From Blastocladiella emersonii ATCC 22665 (Eukaryota > Fungi > Blastocladiomycota), in assembly GCA_025594325.1 (NCBI GenBank), contig JANHCV010000006.1:1364001-1428000 (forward strand): a stretch of 64,000 nucleotides of DNA, given 5' to 3'. The translations under genes and the position numbers were made by a program. Position 1 is the first letter of the stretch; every line of letters starts with the position of its first letter. The notes under the pieces were generated by a model. That model had not been told where the DNA came from. It saw nothing but the letters and a program-made list of their open reading frames with translations, and did no database searches. Positions 1-11,649 of the stretch are shown piece after piece.

Positions 1-188
1 CACAGCACGTCCAGCGTCTGCATCTCGGCCGACTCGAGACCGTACATGGGCACCGCGCCGCCCGCGACCGAGCTCGGCGTGCCGCTCGCGGTACCCGCGC
101 CCGCCGCGTCGGCCAGGTTCGCCGCCGACAGCGTCTTGACGCTCGGCTTGCGCGACAGCGGCAGCTGGAACCGCTTGAAGAAGGACAT
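1..188 (-). CDS. 5' end of an unknown protein-coding gene running off the left edge (MSFFKRFQLPLSRKPSVKTLSAANLADAAG...)
   Basis: ATG at 188 opens a high-GC3 reading frame to the window edge; TATA-like TATAAAT on the minus strand near 403-410. No recognisable domain. Confidence 0.5.
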   Translation of the reverse strand, partial: MSFFKRFQLPLSRKPSVKTLSAANLADAAGAGTASGTPSSVAGGAVPMYGLESAEMQTLDVL

Positions 189-582
189 GGATGGACGGCG
201 ATCTGGCAGCGCAGAGGCGTGCGTGAGTTGACGGATGCCGCAACGGCGGCGAGGGAGCAACCGTACTCGAAGAGGACGTCGCGATGGGAACAACAACAAG
301 GTTACAGGTCGATTGGTTGGTGCAGGCCGCAACGGCACGGCAGTATAGATACAGAGCAGAGAGAGGGGGCGCGCGGTGTGCAGCAGGTGCGGGGCGTTGG
401 ATATTTATACGGCCGGCGGGCGGTCAAGGTCGGACGCGACGCGGTGGCGAGCGGAGCGGCAAGAACGCGTGGCCGTGCCAAGCACGTCGGCCCGATGCGC
501 CACTGCGGCCGCCTCACCGCTGCCCCATCACGACGACCGCGAGTGCCAACCTAAGGTCTTCGGTTCAATTTGTACACACAGA

Positions 583-2213
583 TCACCGTCCAGGCGACGC
601 CAGCGGGTCCGACCCGGCCGGCACCGCGAGGTCGTCGAGCGGCCGCAGCTCGCCGCGGCTGCCGCCTCCGCCGTTCGCGGCCGCACCGGATCCCCCAAGA
701 GTGCTGCTCGACAGGGCGCCCGTGGATCCCAGCAGGGCCTTGAGCGCGCCGCGCGCTGCGTTGCGGACGACGCGGGGTGGCCCGCCGCCGAGCGAAGCGC
801 CGCCACCGGTGCTGGTCCCGAGCGGGTCGGCTGCCGCTGTTGCTGCTGCTGCCGCGGGATCGGTAGCAGTGAGGGCAGCGAGCACGCTGCTCCGCGAGCT
901 GGGCAGGAAGCCCGGGAACGCCGAGTCGGCCGACTTGCGGCGCGACCCCACGGCTGCGGCGGCAGCTGCTGGGCCACCCCGAGTCGCGCGGGTGGGTGGC
1001 GACCCCGCGGATGCCGCCGCGGCGGCCGCTTGCGCGGCGGCCTGGGCGCGCTGGTCGAGGTCAAAGACGACGGGGGCGAACCGGTGGCGAAACTGGACCG
1101 CCTGGAGGACCACGTCGGTGCCGGTGAGCGGGGACGCGTAGTGCATGGCGGCGCGCATGACGGCCGCGTAGTCGTCCTGCATGAGGTGGTGGCGGCTCGC
1201 CTCCATGACCGACGCGGCGAAATACCCGAGATGGTCGGCCCATGCGTTCGGGTGCGACCGCTGCATGCACAGGAGGCCGTCCCACAGGTCGACGAGCGTG
1301 TGGAGCGAGAACTCGCGCGCGAACAGGAGGCGCAGCCAGCGGATCCCGAACAGGTGCGGCTCGAGGCCGAGCGCGGCGAGGTGCCGGTACAGCTCGTCGT
1401 CGATAGCGCGCAGGAACACGTGGAAGAAGCGGGTCGAGTGCTTGACGGCGTGGTCGCGCTCGAACAGGAACCCCTGCAGCCGCATCAGCGCGTCGTACAG
1501 GTAGTAGGTGAGCGCCTCGCGGTCCGCGGCCGTCTGCGCCCCCGTCCGCTCCTCGTGCACCAGCCAGTACAGCACCGCGCACAGCTCGTGCATCCCCTGC
1601 CGGTACGGCACCCGCTGGTGCAGCGTGTACAGGCACAGGATGTTGGACAGCGCCGCCTGCGTCTCGGGGGTTTGGAAGAAGTCGTCCTCGGGGTACGCCC
1701 GCATCACGTCCTTGTCCACGGTCGCGCGAACCTCCTCGAGCGCAAAGAACCGCGACCACGTGCTGTCCTCGGACTGCGACAGCGGGTGGTCGACGCCGCT
1801 TGACGCGGGCGGTGTCGTCGAGGCGGCGCGGCGAGGGCCCGCACCGCCCCCGTGCGGGTCGACGAGCGTGCGGTCGCGCAGCTCCGTGTACGTTTGCGTG
1901 TTCCACGCGGGCAGGTCGGGTGAGACGACCGAGAGGTAGATCTACACCTCATTCGTTGTGAGATGGTGCTCCTATCGCCGCAAAGCAAGGTCGCGCGTAC
2001 AATCCAGCGGTAAATCTTCTCGGGCACACTCCGCGGCCACAGCAGCGGCGCGAGCAGGTACTCTTGCTCCGAGATGGGCGCGTGGTCGAGCGGCGACGTG
2101 AGGTCGACGGGCGCCTGGTTCGTCACCGGCTTGCCGCCGGGGCGCAGCGGGCCGTCCGTCGTCATGGTGGCGGTTGCAGGTGGTGGTGCAGCGTCGTCGG
2201 CAGACTGCATCAT
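583..2213 (-). CDS. TBC1D5: Rab-GAP TBC-domain protein, TBC1D5-like (2 exons: 2213-2001, 1941-583)
   Basis: Spliced translation gives DHPLSQSEDSTWSRFF...DKDVMRAYPEDDFF, YRQGMHELCA and FGIRWLRLLFAREF, matching TBC IxxDxxR/YxQ motifs and the TBC1D5-type PLS...W..FF segment; GT-AG intron 2000-1942. Confidence 0.8.
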
Positions 2214-2767
2214 GTCTCTTTCATGGGAGGGAGAGGGAGGGTGGGATCGGCGGAGTTGCGGTTTGCATGAGACGACCGCGTTGCTCTTCCAAGCATGACC
2301 GATGCCCGTGGCGCTCCCATCGCGTGACGCCTGCAGCTGGCCCCAGAAACGCCACTCCCTTTCTCCTCGCGATCGAGCTCCTCTCCAGCTCCGACTCGGC
2401 GCAACGTCCAGCGCGAGCTGGCGGCGAGGGGAGACCGTCAGTTCGGCAGCGTGTGGCCGACCGAACTTCTGGGCCGTGTCTGGAACGGGGCCGGGTTCTG
2501 CTGTGGCGCGCCGCCTCAGCCGGCTTGGCAGGCTGCCGCTGCAGCTGCCTCCGTGTCAGCGACCTGGCTTGGAGCGACCTTGCTCGACCATTTATAGCGC
2601 GTTGAGCGAAGGCGCCAAGGATTCCTTCGACTCGTTCTTGGCAAGCAGTCGCGCACGCGAGCGGCGAGCGTGGGCCCTCATTTGAGCGCCACCAGGTCCT
2701 CTCAACCTTCGCTCTCTCCCATTCAACTAACACTCAACGTAACTCTTGCAACCTCGCACAGCAACCC

Positions 2768-4129
2768 ATGGCATCGAACAGCTACGGCTACCCGTCGGGC
2801 ACCGACCCGACCGCGCAGGGCACGCCGATCCCCATGTCGCAGACGGGCCTCGCGCCGGCACCCGTCCCGCTCATGATGCCGCAGCCGACGGGCGTGCTCG
2901 CCGCCGCGGCGGCAGGGAGCCCCGACATGAACGCGCCGCTGCTCGCGATGCCCGTGCCCATGCCGGTCGCCGGGCTCGGTCCCTCGGCGTTCGAGCCGCT
3001 GCCCTTCATCGGCGGTCCCGGCCAGCAGCCGCCGCAGCAGCAGCCGCCGGGTCTCTTTGTCCCGGGCTCGATGCAGATGCCGATGCCCATGATGCCCGCG
3101 CCGGGCCCGATGCCACCGAGCCCCAACACGACGTCGGGCGCGCCGTCGCCGCACTCGCTCGGGGCGCCCGAGCCCAACTACGGCGACATTGGCGGGCGCC
3201 CGTCGAGCATGGTGTTTGCCGAGCTCCCGCCGCCCGCCACCACGGCGACCCCGATTGTGATGCCGGCGGCGCCCACGGGCGGCCCGGCTCTCCCGCCGCG
3301 CCCGTCGGCCGAGGGCCTGCCGTCGGTCAACGTGATCGCCGCGAGCCCGCCCGCGCCGTCGGCGCTGCAGCTCGCGCTGCCCGGTGACGCGGGGGCGCCC
3401 GCGCCGTCGACGTCGATCACGGTGGTCCCGACCGTCTCGTCCGCGTTCACGACGCCGCCCGCGGCGCCCGTCGCTGCTACGCCGGCGGCTGTCGAGTCGG
3501 CCAAGCCGCCTTCCCCGACCCCTGCCTCCTCCTCCCCCGCGGCCCCCGTCGAGCTCGGCCCGACGCGCCCGCTGTGGCAGCAACGGCGCGGTCAGCTCGG
3601 CGCGGCGACACTCGTGTTCACGATCCTGGCGGCGGTGCTCGCGATCTGGGGCCACGTGCGGTTCCTGGCGGTCGGCAAGCAGGCGGGCGCCCCAGCGTAC
3701 CTGTCTACGGTGGGTGTCGGGTCCGTGGTCCCGCTCGAACTGTTCGCGATCATCGCCGTGGTCCTGTTCTTCCTGGTCGCGGGGCGGCTGCTGATGCGCA
3801 AGCCCGACGAGATCGTGACCCTGCGGTTCCACCGCGCGCACACGCTGATCAGCGCGGCGCTCACGGCGCTGATGCTGGTCAGCGCGTCGCTGCTGTGCAT
3901 CACCTTCTCCAAGCAGAAGGCGGCCGACGGGTCCGTCGGCGGCGGCCTGTTCACGGTCGCGTGCAACGCCGACGACGTGGTCGGCGCCTCGGCCGCGGTC
4001 CAGACGGCGCTCGGCGCAACGTGCTCCACGCTCCGCGCAGCCACCGCGTTCGGGTACCTCGCGGCTGTCGCGTGGGGCGCCACCGCCGTCACCGCGTACA
4101 CGGCGTGGATCGAGGCGCGCAAGCGGTAG
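2768..4129 (+). CDS. Membrane protein: Pro-rich disordered N-terminus plus four TM helices (MARVEL-like tetraspan)
   Basis: 453-aa ORF with host-like codon use; four hydrophobic segments, the last C...AATAFGYLAAVAWGATA resembling MARVEL TM4. Family call is by pattern only. Confidence 0.6.
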   Translation: MASNSYGYPSGTDPTAQGTPIPMSQTGLAPAPVPLMMPQPTGVLAAAAAGSPDMNAPLLAMPVPMPVAGLGPSAFEPLPFIGGPGQQPPQQQPPGLFVPGSMQMPMPMMPAPGPMPPSPNTTSGAPSPHSLGAPEPNYGDIGGRPSSMVFAELPPPATTATPIVMPAAPTGGPALPPRPSAEGLPSVNVIAASPPAPSALQLALPGDAGAPAPSTSITVVPTVSSAFTTPPAAPVAATPAAVESAKPPSPTPASSSPAAPVELGPTRPLWQQRRGQLGAATLVFTILAAVLAIWGHVRFLAVGKQAGAPAYLSTVGVGSVVPLELFAIIAVVLFFLVAGRLLMRKPDEIVTLRFHRAHTLISAALTALMLVSASLLCITFSKQKAADGSVGGGLFTVACNADDVVGASAAVQTALGATCSTLRAATAFGYLAAVAWGATAVTAYTAWIEARKR

Positions 4130-4572
4130 CGGGACCGCGCCGCCGTGCGGGTCCGATGACCCACCCTGACCAGTTTTGTGAATCCCCCTCCTACCTCTCC
4201 TTTTTGTTACCGCCGCGATTGCGCGCACCGTGATAGACAGCAAACGTGCCGATGGCACCATCCCACCCCCTGTTCCTCGCTCAAGCGTAGCGCTCGCTCC
4301 CTCCCTCTTTTTTCACGCGGGCGGGCAGCAATCCGCGATACCGTCGTCCGTGGTGGCGCGGTCGTTCGCGGCATGAAAATGCGCGCCGCCGACAAGCACG
4401 TTCCTTCGGGTAGGAACAGCGCCGGGTCGCTCACACACGGCCAGGTGAACGCAGGCGCGAGGTGGTGAAGGGAGGGGGAGTGGCGAGCACGCGTTGCGCC
4501 ACGCTGCTGCCGCCGACCGCGTGCCCTTTCCTCGCCCGCGTCGTTCTGCGCAGTCTCCAGCTCATCACCGGG

Positions 4573-4579
4573 TATAAAA
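4573..4579 (+). promoter_or_regulatory. TATA box upstream of ORF 4686
   Basis: TATAAAA ~107 bp upstream of the ATG in an otherwise GC-rich context. Confidence 0.5.
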
Positions 4580-4685
4580 CGCCCTCGCGCCCGCTCCCCC
4601 GCCCTCGTCTCGCATCGACGCTCCCCACGCCGGCCCGCATCACGCACGCATCACCCACCTCCACCCACCCCCTCACTTCATCACC

Positions 4686-5219
4686 ATGGCCGCCCCGTCC
4701 ACGCTCGCGCCCGCCGGCACCCCGACCACCGCCGCCGCGGCCCCGTCGTTCGCGTCGATCCTGCAGCGCACGCTCCAGGGCGACCCGTCGTGGTCCGTCG
4801 ACCCGGTCCCGGCCCCCGCCACCACCAAGGCGTCGTCGGGCGGTCTCGGCCAAGGCCTGTCGCTGCTGTGGGCCACGCCGGCGCCGTCGTACGAGTCGGC
4901 CACCACCACTGCCGCCGCCGCCGGCGGGCCCGCCGCGGGCCGCCCGCAGGCGACGCTCGACGTGGCGCAGTACTGGGGCGACCGGTCGACCGTGACCTAC
5001 GACGTCGGCGCCGGCCTGATCCACCTCGTGTTCCAGTGCCTGCGGTTCGGCGTCAAGGCGACGACGGCGGTCACCAAGTTCATCGTGTCCAACCCGATCA
5101 CTCGCCCGATTGCGTGGATCTGGCTCGAGGCCATCAAGCAGATCGCCTCGTTCATGCTCGGCGCGTCGCGCGGGCTCGTCGAGGTGGTCGTCGACCTGAT
5201 CCAGCCGCAGATCGCCTGA
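4686..5219 (+). CDS. Hypothetical 177-aa protein with a hydrophobic/amphipathic C-terminal region
   Basis: CACCATGG start context, strong GC3 bias, upstream TATA; no domain recognised. Confidence 0.7.
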   Translation: MAAPSTLAPAGTPTTAAAAPSFASILQRTLQGDPSWSVDPVPAPATTKASSGGLGQGLSLLWATPAPSYESATTTAAAAGGPAAGRPQATLDVAQYWGDRSTVTYDVGAGLIHLVFQCLRFGVKATTAVTKFIVSNPITRPIAWIWLEAIKQIASFMLGASRGLVEVVVDLIQPQIA

Positions 5220-5318
5220 GCAAGTCGCGCGCGTGTCCGAGGCCGCGGGCGAGGCCAAGAGTCGTTCAATGTCATGTGTCGTGCTATTGCCTTTGTTAAT
5301 ACATTCATCTTCACCCCA

Positions 5319-7485
5319 TCACTCCGCCTTCGTCTTCTCCCCGACCGCCTCGACCTCGGCCCGCACCGCATCGCGCGCCTCGCGCGCCTCGCGCACCTGG
5401 TCGTGGAACTCGGCCACCTTGCCGCTCGTCAGCGCCATGCCCGCGAACAGCGCCCCGATCCCCGCCGCGAACGCGGCCGCGGCCGCCGCCGGGTGGTTGA
5501 CGTAGAAGGCTGCGCCGAACGCCGCGACCCCGCCCACGAGCGACAGCCGCGCCAGCTGCCGCTCCCGCGCCGTCACGACCTCGACCGAGCGCGACGTCCA
5601 CTCGGTCTCGGTCAGCCCGCGCGCGGCCGCGGCGGCGGGGAGAGATGGTGTCGGCGCGGCGCCGTTGGCGGTCTCGGTCTCGGTCTTCTTGACGCGGCGG
5701 CGCGAAGAGACCTGCGGCACGCCCGCCTTGACGACGGCCGCGACCTGCTCGGCGTCGCCGCCGTCGAGCCCCGGCGCGCGGAACGGCGGCGGGTGCACGG
5801 CGATCGCCTTGGCGATCATGGCGAACTTGGTGGTGGCGACGATCTCGACGTCGACCATGGCGCCCATGGCCTGCGTGCCGACCGCGGCCATGGGGACGAG
5901 CACCTGCTCGTACTTTTTCCCGTGGCCCACGTAGTGCCGTCCGTCGGCCGCGACGTCCGTCACGAGCACGCGCATCGTCTCGCCGACGCGCCCGTCGTAC
6001 GGCGTGTAGCTGTCGAACAGCGCCGTCATGGCGCGGCTGCGCGACTTGACGAGTGCGGTCGGGAGTCGCAGGAGGCGTGCCGCGGGGGTCCCCGGGCGCG
6101 GGTAGAACTGCGAGATGTGGACCGCGGGGAACCGGTACTTGGCGATCAGCGTCATGGTGTCGTTCCAGTCCTCGTCGCCCTCGGTCGGGAACCCGCAGAT
6201 CACGTCAGTCGCGACCGTGCACCCGCCGGGGACGCGCGTCGTCAGGACCTCGACCACGTGCTCGAACTCGGCGCACGTGTACTGGCGGCGCATGTCGACG
6301 AGCACGCGGTCCGACCCCGACTGCACGGGCACGTGCAGGAACGCGTACACGCGCGGGTGCGCGAGCAGTTCGGCGACGGCGTCGAGGTGCTCGAGAATGT
6401 ACGGCGGGTTGGTCATGCCGACGCGCAGCATCGCGTGGTCGGGGAGCTCGGCAATCACGGCGCGCATGAGGTCGGGCAGGGACGTCCCGATGTCCCGGCC
6501 GTACGCGCCCGAGTCCTCGGACGTGAGCCAGATCTCGACCACGCCCTCGGCGAGCACCGCGCGCACGCGCGCCACGATCTCGTCGACCGGGTAGCTGCCG
6601 AGCTCGCCGCGCGCGTGCTTGGTCTTGCAGTACGTGCACTGGTTCAGGCACCCGGTGTTGATCGGGATGATCTCGACGAGCGGGTTCTTGCGGATCTTGG
6701 GCAGCGCCAGCCGCGCCCCGCCGTCCTTGCGCTTCCCACCACCCGCGCCGTCCTCGCTGCCCTTGACCTTCTTGGTGTCGAGCAGCCGCACCGTGTGCCC
6801 CTGCAGCGTCTCCTCGACCACGTACACGATATGCTCGATCTGCTGCACGCCGATCACGCTGAGCCCGTCCCACCGCGTGCCCTTGCCCGGCTGCCCCTGC
6901 GGCACGCACCCGGCGACCACCAGCCGCTTGCCCAGCGCGCGCCCGCGGTCCACGGCGTTCACGAACGTCTGCTCGCTCGGGTTCTTGACCGTGCAGCTGT
7001 TCAGCACCCACACGTCCGCCGCCTCGGCGTCGCGCGTCAGCGTGTACCCGTGCGCCGCTAGGATCCCCGCCATGTACTCTACGCAAAGCGGGCGAGGTGG
7101 GTGAGATGAACGGGTCGCACGAGTGAGTTGTGGAGCAGAAAGTACCTGAGTCCGAGTTGTTGTGGCTGCACCCCCACGTCCGCAGGTACACGGCCGCGCG
7201 GCCCGGCTGGAAGCCCTCGCCGCCCGCTGCGGCCGCGCCGGCCGCCCCGAGCGTCGTGCCCTCGTCGTCGTCGTCGTCTGCAGGCTCTTCCTCATCATCA
7301 TCCTCGGTAGCAGGCGTAGGCGCCTTTTGCCGCCGCAGCGACCCCGAGGCGGCGCCGAACCGCTTCACGGCGACGGTGCGCTGCGACGCCCGGCCGTGCG
7401 TCTTGGCCACGTCGTCGAGCGCCGTCGCGAGCTCCTCGATGTCGTCGATGTCGTCGATGTCGTCGATCTCGTGGTCGCTCATCAT
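5319..7485 (-). CDS. CDKAL1: tRNA(Lys) t6A methylthiotransferase, CDKAL1/MtaB-type radical SAM (2 exons: 7485-7146, 7078-5319)
   Basis: Acidic DDIDDIEE N-terminus; YLRTWGCSHNNSDS|EYMAG; LNSCTVKNPSE; GCVPQ; radical SAM GCLNQCTYCKTKHARG; TRAM-like region and C-terminal TM. Confidence 0.95.
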
Positions 7486-8351
7486 GGACGTTGTTGTTGC
7501 ATGGAGTGGCGGACTGGGTCCGCGGGTGGGGGCGGAGGAGGGAGGGGCGGAGGAGGGCGGGCGGTTCCAGCGGCCGCCAGCGGCGGAGGTGCAAAACAGC
7601 GGGCGAGCGCCGCGAGAGGTCTCTTCTCTCGCAAGTCGGAGCGGCGATGGTGAACGAAGGCAAGATATGAAGCTGATGAATGAATGATGAATGGGAACCA
7701 TGGATTGCTCATGTACACTCATGTTGCTCGGGCAGAAGCTGCGTGCGATCCGTCGACGTCCTCTAAGCTCGGCTCTTGCAGCCAACGACGGCGCCCGAAG
7801 GTCTCAAAGTGAGAAACCCGTTCAGTTCTTGAGTTGGATCTTACGCTTTGTGGTGACGGCCGCCGATGCGGTGAATGTGAAGCTCGGGTTCAGCCGTGCG
7901 GATACGCTCTGACCGCAGCACCCAACGGTTGCACCAAAGCGAGCGATGTGCGAGGAGATACTGGCTACTGCAGCCAAACGGCAGTCTAGGATGCACGAGA
8001 TTGAGAAAGTTGCTCAGATCAGCGATGAGGATGGATGGTACGGCGCAACTCGCACAAAGACGGCTTGATGTTGATCGCCCATTGGACGTCAAGTTGACCG
8101 AATCGTGTCGGCTTCTCGAATCGAACGTCTCGGTTGCAGCGCTACTGATCCAGCGAGCGGGCGAACCGTATCGGCGTTCGAGCGGGGTGTTGGCGAACCA
8201 GGTCGACGCGCAGCACCTCAGCGTGGGTGTGCGCATCGAACTTGGCTCAAAAAGACTTCCGGTCCAAGCGTGTCCCTGATTTGATCTTTATTGCACAATT
8301 ATCTCAAGTCCGAGCCTTGTCGTACCCTTCAAGACGCGAGGTGAAGCCATT

Positions 8352-8384
8352 TGTCTCGCACATCACATGATTGATCGTCGCGTC
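8352..8384 (-). repeat. Tripartite motif copy 1 (degenerate)
   Basis: Minus strand reads GACGCGAC-GATCAA-TCATGTG-ATGT-GCGAGACA. Confidence 0.65.
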
Positions 8385-8695
8385 CCCTTCCACCCGCCCG
8401 GTCTGCTTCAGTTTGAACGTGAGCTCCGTGCTGGAAAGCGTCGAGCCCATCGAACGTTTGACCAAGCAGCTCATTGGACGAGAGTGCGTGCAGGTTGCAT
8501 TCGGGAGCAAGCCAGTCACGGGTGAGAGACAAATTCGTTCGTGCGCCGACGCATATATTGAGAAAGCGTGTGTGCGTATGCGTCTTCGGCATCCCCGTGG
8601 CATGTATTGAACCGCATTGGATAAAGCCCGGCCGCACCCCCATCGGTTGATCGAGTCTACCTCGCTTACGATATCATTTGCGCCATTTCCATTTG

Positions 8696-9319
8696 ATGGA
8701 AGAGACCCACAAGAGCACGCTGGACGAGATGATTGCTCACGACCAGGTTGAGGCAGTCCCTGAACCTGGCTGGACTGTTGTTGCTGAAGTGGACGAGGAG
8801 CCTGAGCTCACCCGCGCCAATACGAGCTCCTCGACCAAGAAGCGGAAATGGCATCGCCGCATCGTCAAGTCCGGTGCGAGAGCGAAAGATCTGACTCGCA
8901 AACGCTTCAAGTCCCCGTGGTCCAGGGTTGTCCACCAAAACATGACCAGGTGGGCCGACATCGTCAAACATAACCAGGACGTGCTTCATGACGCTCTGAT
9001 TGTGCTCCACGAACAGTTCATAAAACATGTTAAGGACCATCGGGCGCTGGCTGCGGACCACCAAACGCTGGCTGCGGACCACCAAACGCTGGCCGCGGAC
9101 CACCAAACGCTGGCTGCGGGCCACCAAACGCTGGCCGCGGACCATCAAGAGCTGGCTGCAAGTTGCCAGGAAAACCACGGACCTCAGGTCTTTACTGTCT
9201 CGCAGGAGAGTCTTGAGCGGCTTTTGAAGATGGTCGTACTTTATGTCCTCTTGCCAACCTTGTTTATTTCCTTCTCCATTGTGACGGCAATTGTCGCCAA
9301 AAATAAACGAAATGCGTGA
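8696..9319 (+). CDS. Orphan coiled-coil protein with C-terminal TM helix (tail-anchored); paralog of the hAT-split gene
   Basis: 207 aa from ATG 8696; six heptads (T/A)LAADHQ; TM LLKMVVLYVLLPTLFISFSIVTAIVA then KNKRNA; shares RKRFKSPWSRVV with the split gene. Confidence 0.7.
   Translation: MEETHKSTLDEMIAHDQVEAVPEPGWTVVAEVDEEPELTRANTSSSTKKRKWHRRIVKSGARAKDLTRKRFKSPWSRVVHQNMTRWADIVKHNQDVLHDALIVLHEQFIKHVKDHRALAADHQTLAADHQTLAADHQTLAAGHQTLAADHQELAASCQENHGPQVFTVSQESLERLLKMVVLYVLLPTLFISFSIVTAIVAKNKRNA
9044..9170 (+). repeat. 21-bp coding tandem repeat x6 (heptad repeat)
   Basis: Unit CGCTGGCTGCGGACCACCAAA repeated near-perfectly five times plus one degenerate copy. Confidence 0.95.
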
Positions 9320-9524
9320 ATGAGTACTTGACCTTGATACGGGTGGGTGGCCTGCTCCCTGGGCATCGTCTGTGGGGAGCTACTCCAAGAGGTGTCGTTT
9401 TTTTGCCCTTAAAAAGGGGCTACAGAGCTTGGAAGCTTCGTTGATTTGTTAGAACAATTTAGATGAACAGGAATAGACGCGCTTTGAGCATCGAGGACCA
9501 TACGAGCTTGTAAGGCGTTGTGGA

Positions 9525-9563
9525 GACGCGTCAATAAATCACGTGAGAGGCGCAAGACACTTT
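9525..9563 (+). repeat. Tripartite motif copy 2
   Basis: GACGCGTC-AATAAA-TCACGTG-AGAGGC-GCAAGACACTTT. Confidence 0.85.
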
Positions 9564-9644
9564 GTCGCTTGTCTACGCCTCCGTCGCCACGGTGCGCGCT
9601 CAAGTACCGTCGTGCCCACCCACCTCCCATTTACTGTGCTCCTA

Positions 9645-9887
9645 TCACGATGCCACCGCTCGTTCCACTGTTCGCCTTGGTGAGAACGAAAGACCCTGCG
9701 GCCACGGCAAATCATTGCCCACGCCAAGCCAGTCTTGGACACGTAGGCGTGCTTGAATGGACTCAATCTCCGTCATGTCGGCCCGAGTCTTCCTGGCGGG
9801 CGCGTCCGTCGGCGGAATCTCGCCATGAAACAGACCGGCGACGACGCTGATGAGGAAAGCAACCTGGAGCCACTGGAAGTAGTTCAT
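9645..9887 (-). CDS. Small (80-aa) orphan protein with N-terminal signal peptide/TM
   Basis: MNYFQWLQVAFLISVVAGLFHGE... followed by a coherent charged segment (DMTEIESIQARLRVQDWLG); short, so it may be spurious. Confidence 0.4.
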   Translation of the reverse strand: MNYFQWLQVAFLISVVAGLFHGEIPPTDAPARKTRADMTEIESIQARLRVQDWLGVGNDLPWPQGLSFSPRRTVERAVAS

Positions 9888-10141
9888 GGTGTCGATGCAG
9901 GGAGTTACGTGTGCCGGTTTCGGATCGCAGGGGCGGGGGCGAAGTGAGCACGGAAGCGGCAGACGCTTGCGCGCACAACGCGACGCGTCGCGTCCTTGGG
10001 ACTCACCACTCCCGCTTACCACCCGACCGGCGGTCATCACCCTCGTTGCTTTGATCGTGATTCCGCTGTCGCATGTATTCTTGGGCGACGCTACGGAAGG
10101 TGGAGGGCTGGAAACCCTCTCTTTAGCGGGGGAAACCAGAC

Positions 10142-10268
10142 CAGGGGGACTCCGAATAGACGGGTGAAGCCGAAGTGAACCGCCTTGAACCGCCGTGAAC
10201 CCGCCGTGAACCCGCTGTGAAGCCCAAGTCAAGTCGCGTCAAGCCGCGCGAAACCGCCGTGAAACCAC
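10142..10268 (+). repeat. Cluster of GTGAACC(C)GCC-like short repeats after CAGGGGG; possible orphan DNA-transposon end
   Basis: About 8 variants of GTGAA(C/G/A)CCGCC in ~105 bp; no matching inverted end found in the window. Confidence 0.45.
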
Positions 10269-11649
10269 GGATCCAGAGTCACGTGACGTTCAACTCGGGC
10301 CGCGCCGCCCGCTTGAGCACGCGCCGATCCACCCCTGCTGCGCCTGCACATGAATGTCTCGAGCAGCCACTACCTGCAATGCACTCGGGAGGCTCTGATG
10401 TACACGTTGGTGGGTCGGATGAATCGAATAGTGTCCCTCGGGGCAAACGGGTCGGCGGCAGCATGCTGCACGGCGCTGCGCCCCCCGTTGATGTATCCAA
10501 ACTTCGCTGGTTGTCTTTGCCATGACTGAGCGCACAAGATGATTCAGGTAGAATTGGGTTTTGAGCTGGCCCAGAACCCACGTCGCAACGCATCGCGGCC
10601 CAACCATGCGCGGCATGGCGTTGGCTCACTTTTGATCCCATTCAGCGACTCCCGTGAGCCGTGAGCCCCGATCTATGTTGCTGTCTATTCGCGAGACAGA
10701 TTTCTGGCGGCTCAGCGCGACACGGTGCATGGTTACGCGCCCTCTAGTGCCACCACTTCCGCCAATTCTTCGCTGTATGTTTTCCAAAGAATCCGGAGGC
10801 CTGTTTTGTATCGACAGTCTTTACCGTTACGATGCCCAGCGGCCAACGTAGATGTTCGGAGCGGCGCACCTCGCTGTCCAACGCCTTGCCAACATGCAAA
10901 TCAGTCCTTGAGCTTTAAAGGCGCTACTCGTCTCTCCTCTGTAATCTTCAGCTTGATTCCATGTCGTGGTGGCACCAGGGCGCGGCTTGCTCACTTCTTG
11001 CACGAGGCGCCGTCCCGCATACACAACTTGACGTGCCCTAATTCTCCGCCGGGTACTGTAACTGATCGTTTTCGACTTGCTTTCCGCACTCGTGTTCTCC
11101 AACTCGGCTTTTTTTAGCTGCAGCGCGAGTACAAGCGCAGCGGCAACGCTCACGCGCTCTTCCTCTTGCTGGCCAACCTCGTCGTCGTCAAGGACGTGCA
11201 GCAGATTTCCGTGCCCTCAGTCAGCGACAAAGCACAAGCGGCTTGCGTCGCGCACTACGACGCCACGGTCGTAAAAACACGCACGTTCGTCACCGCCGCC
11301 AATGCCATGTGAATTCGCAGGAAGCTCGTGTCTGCCCCGCGCCAGCTGCTGGCGCTGACGGCGATGCAGCCGCTACTCGTTCTCCGAGAGCCGATGCCAG
11401 CCGTGGTCCGCGACTACTACCACGTGAACTACGAGCACAGCATTTTCAACGGCCTTGGTCTTGTCCCGCCAGACGCGTCGCGCCACTCCGCGTGACTGGC
11501 GCGTACTTTGACACGGACGCGCTTCGTGTGCCCCACGTAGCGCAGATCAGCACTCTGGCTGATGGTGCAGCGCACGCCGAGCGCCGCAGTGGTGGTAGCA
11601 TGTCGGCGACAAGAACGAGGACCGCCATGACAATTGCGGGCCGCTGCTC

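Noticed and set aside
9044-10268. Repeat clusters as a possible CRISPR array
   Set aside because: The units are directly tandem with no unique spacers (one cluster is a coding heptad repeat), there are no cas genes, and the context is eukaryotic.
11472-11509. Seventh copy of the tripartite motif
   Set aside because: Only GACGCGTC is exact; the E-box and GCGAGAC parts are degenerate and the spacing differs.
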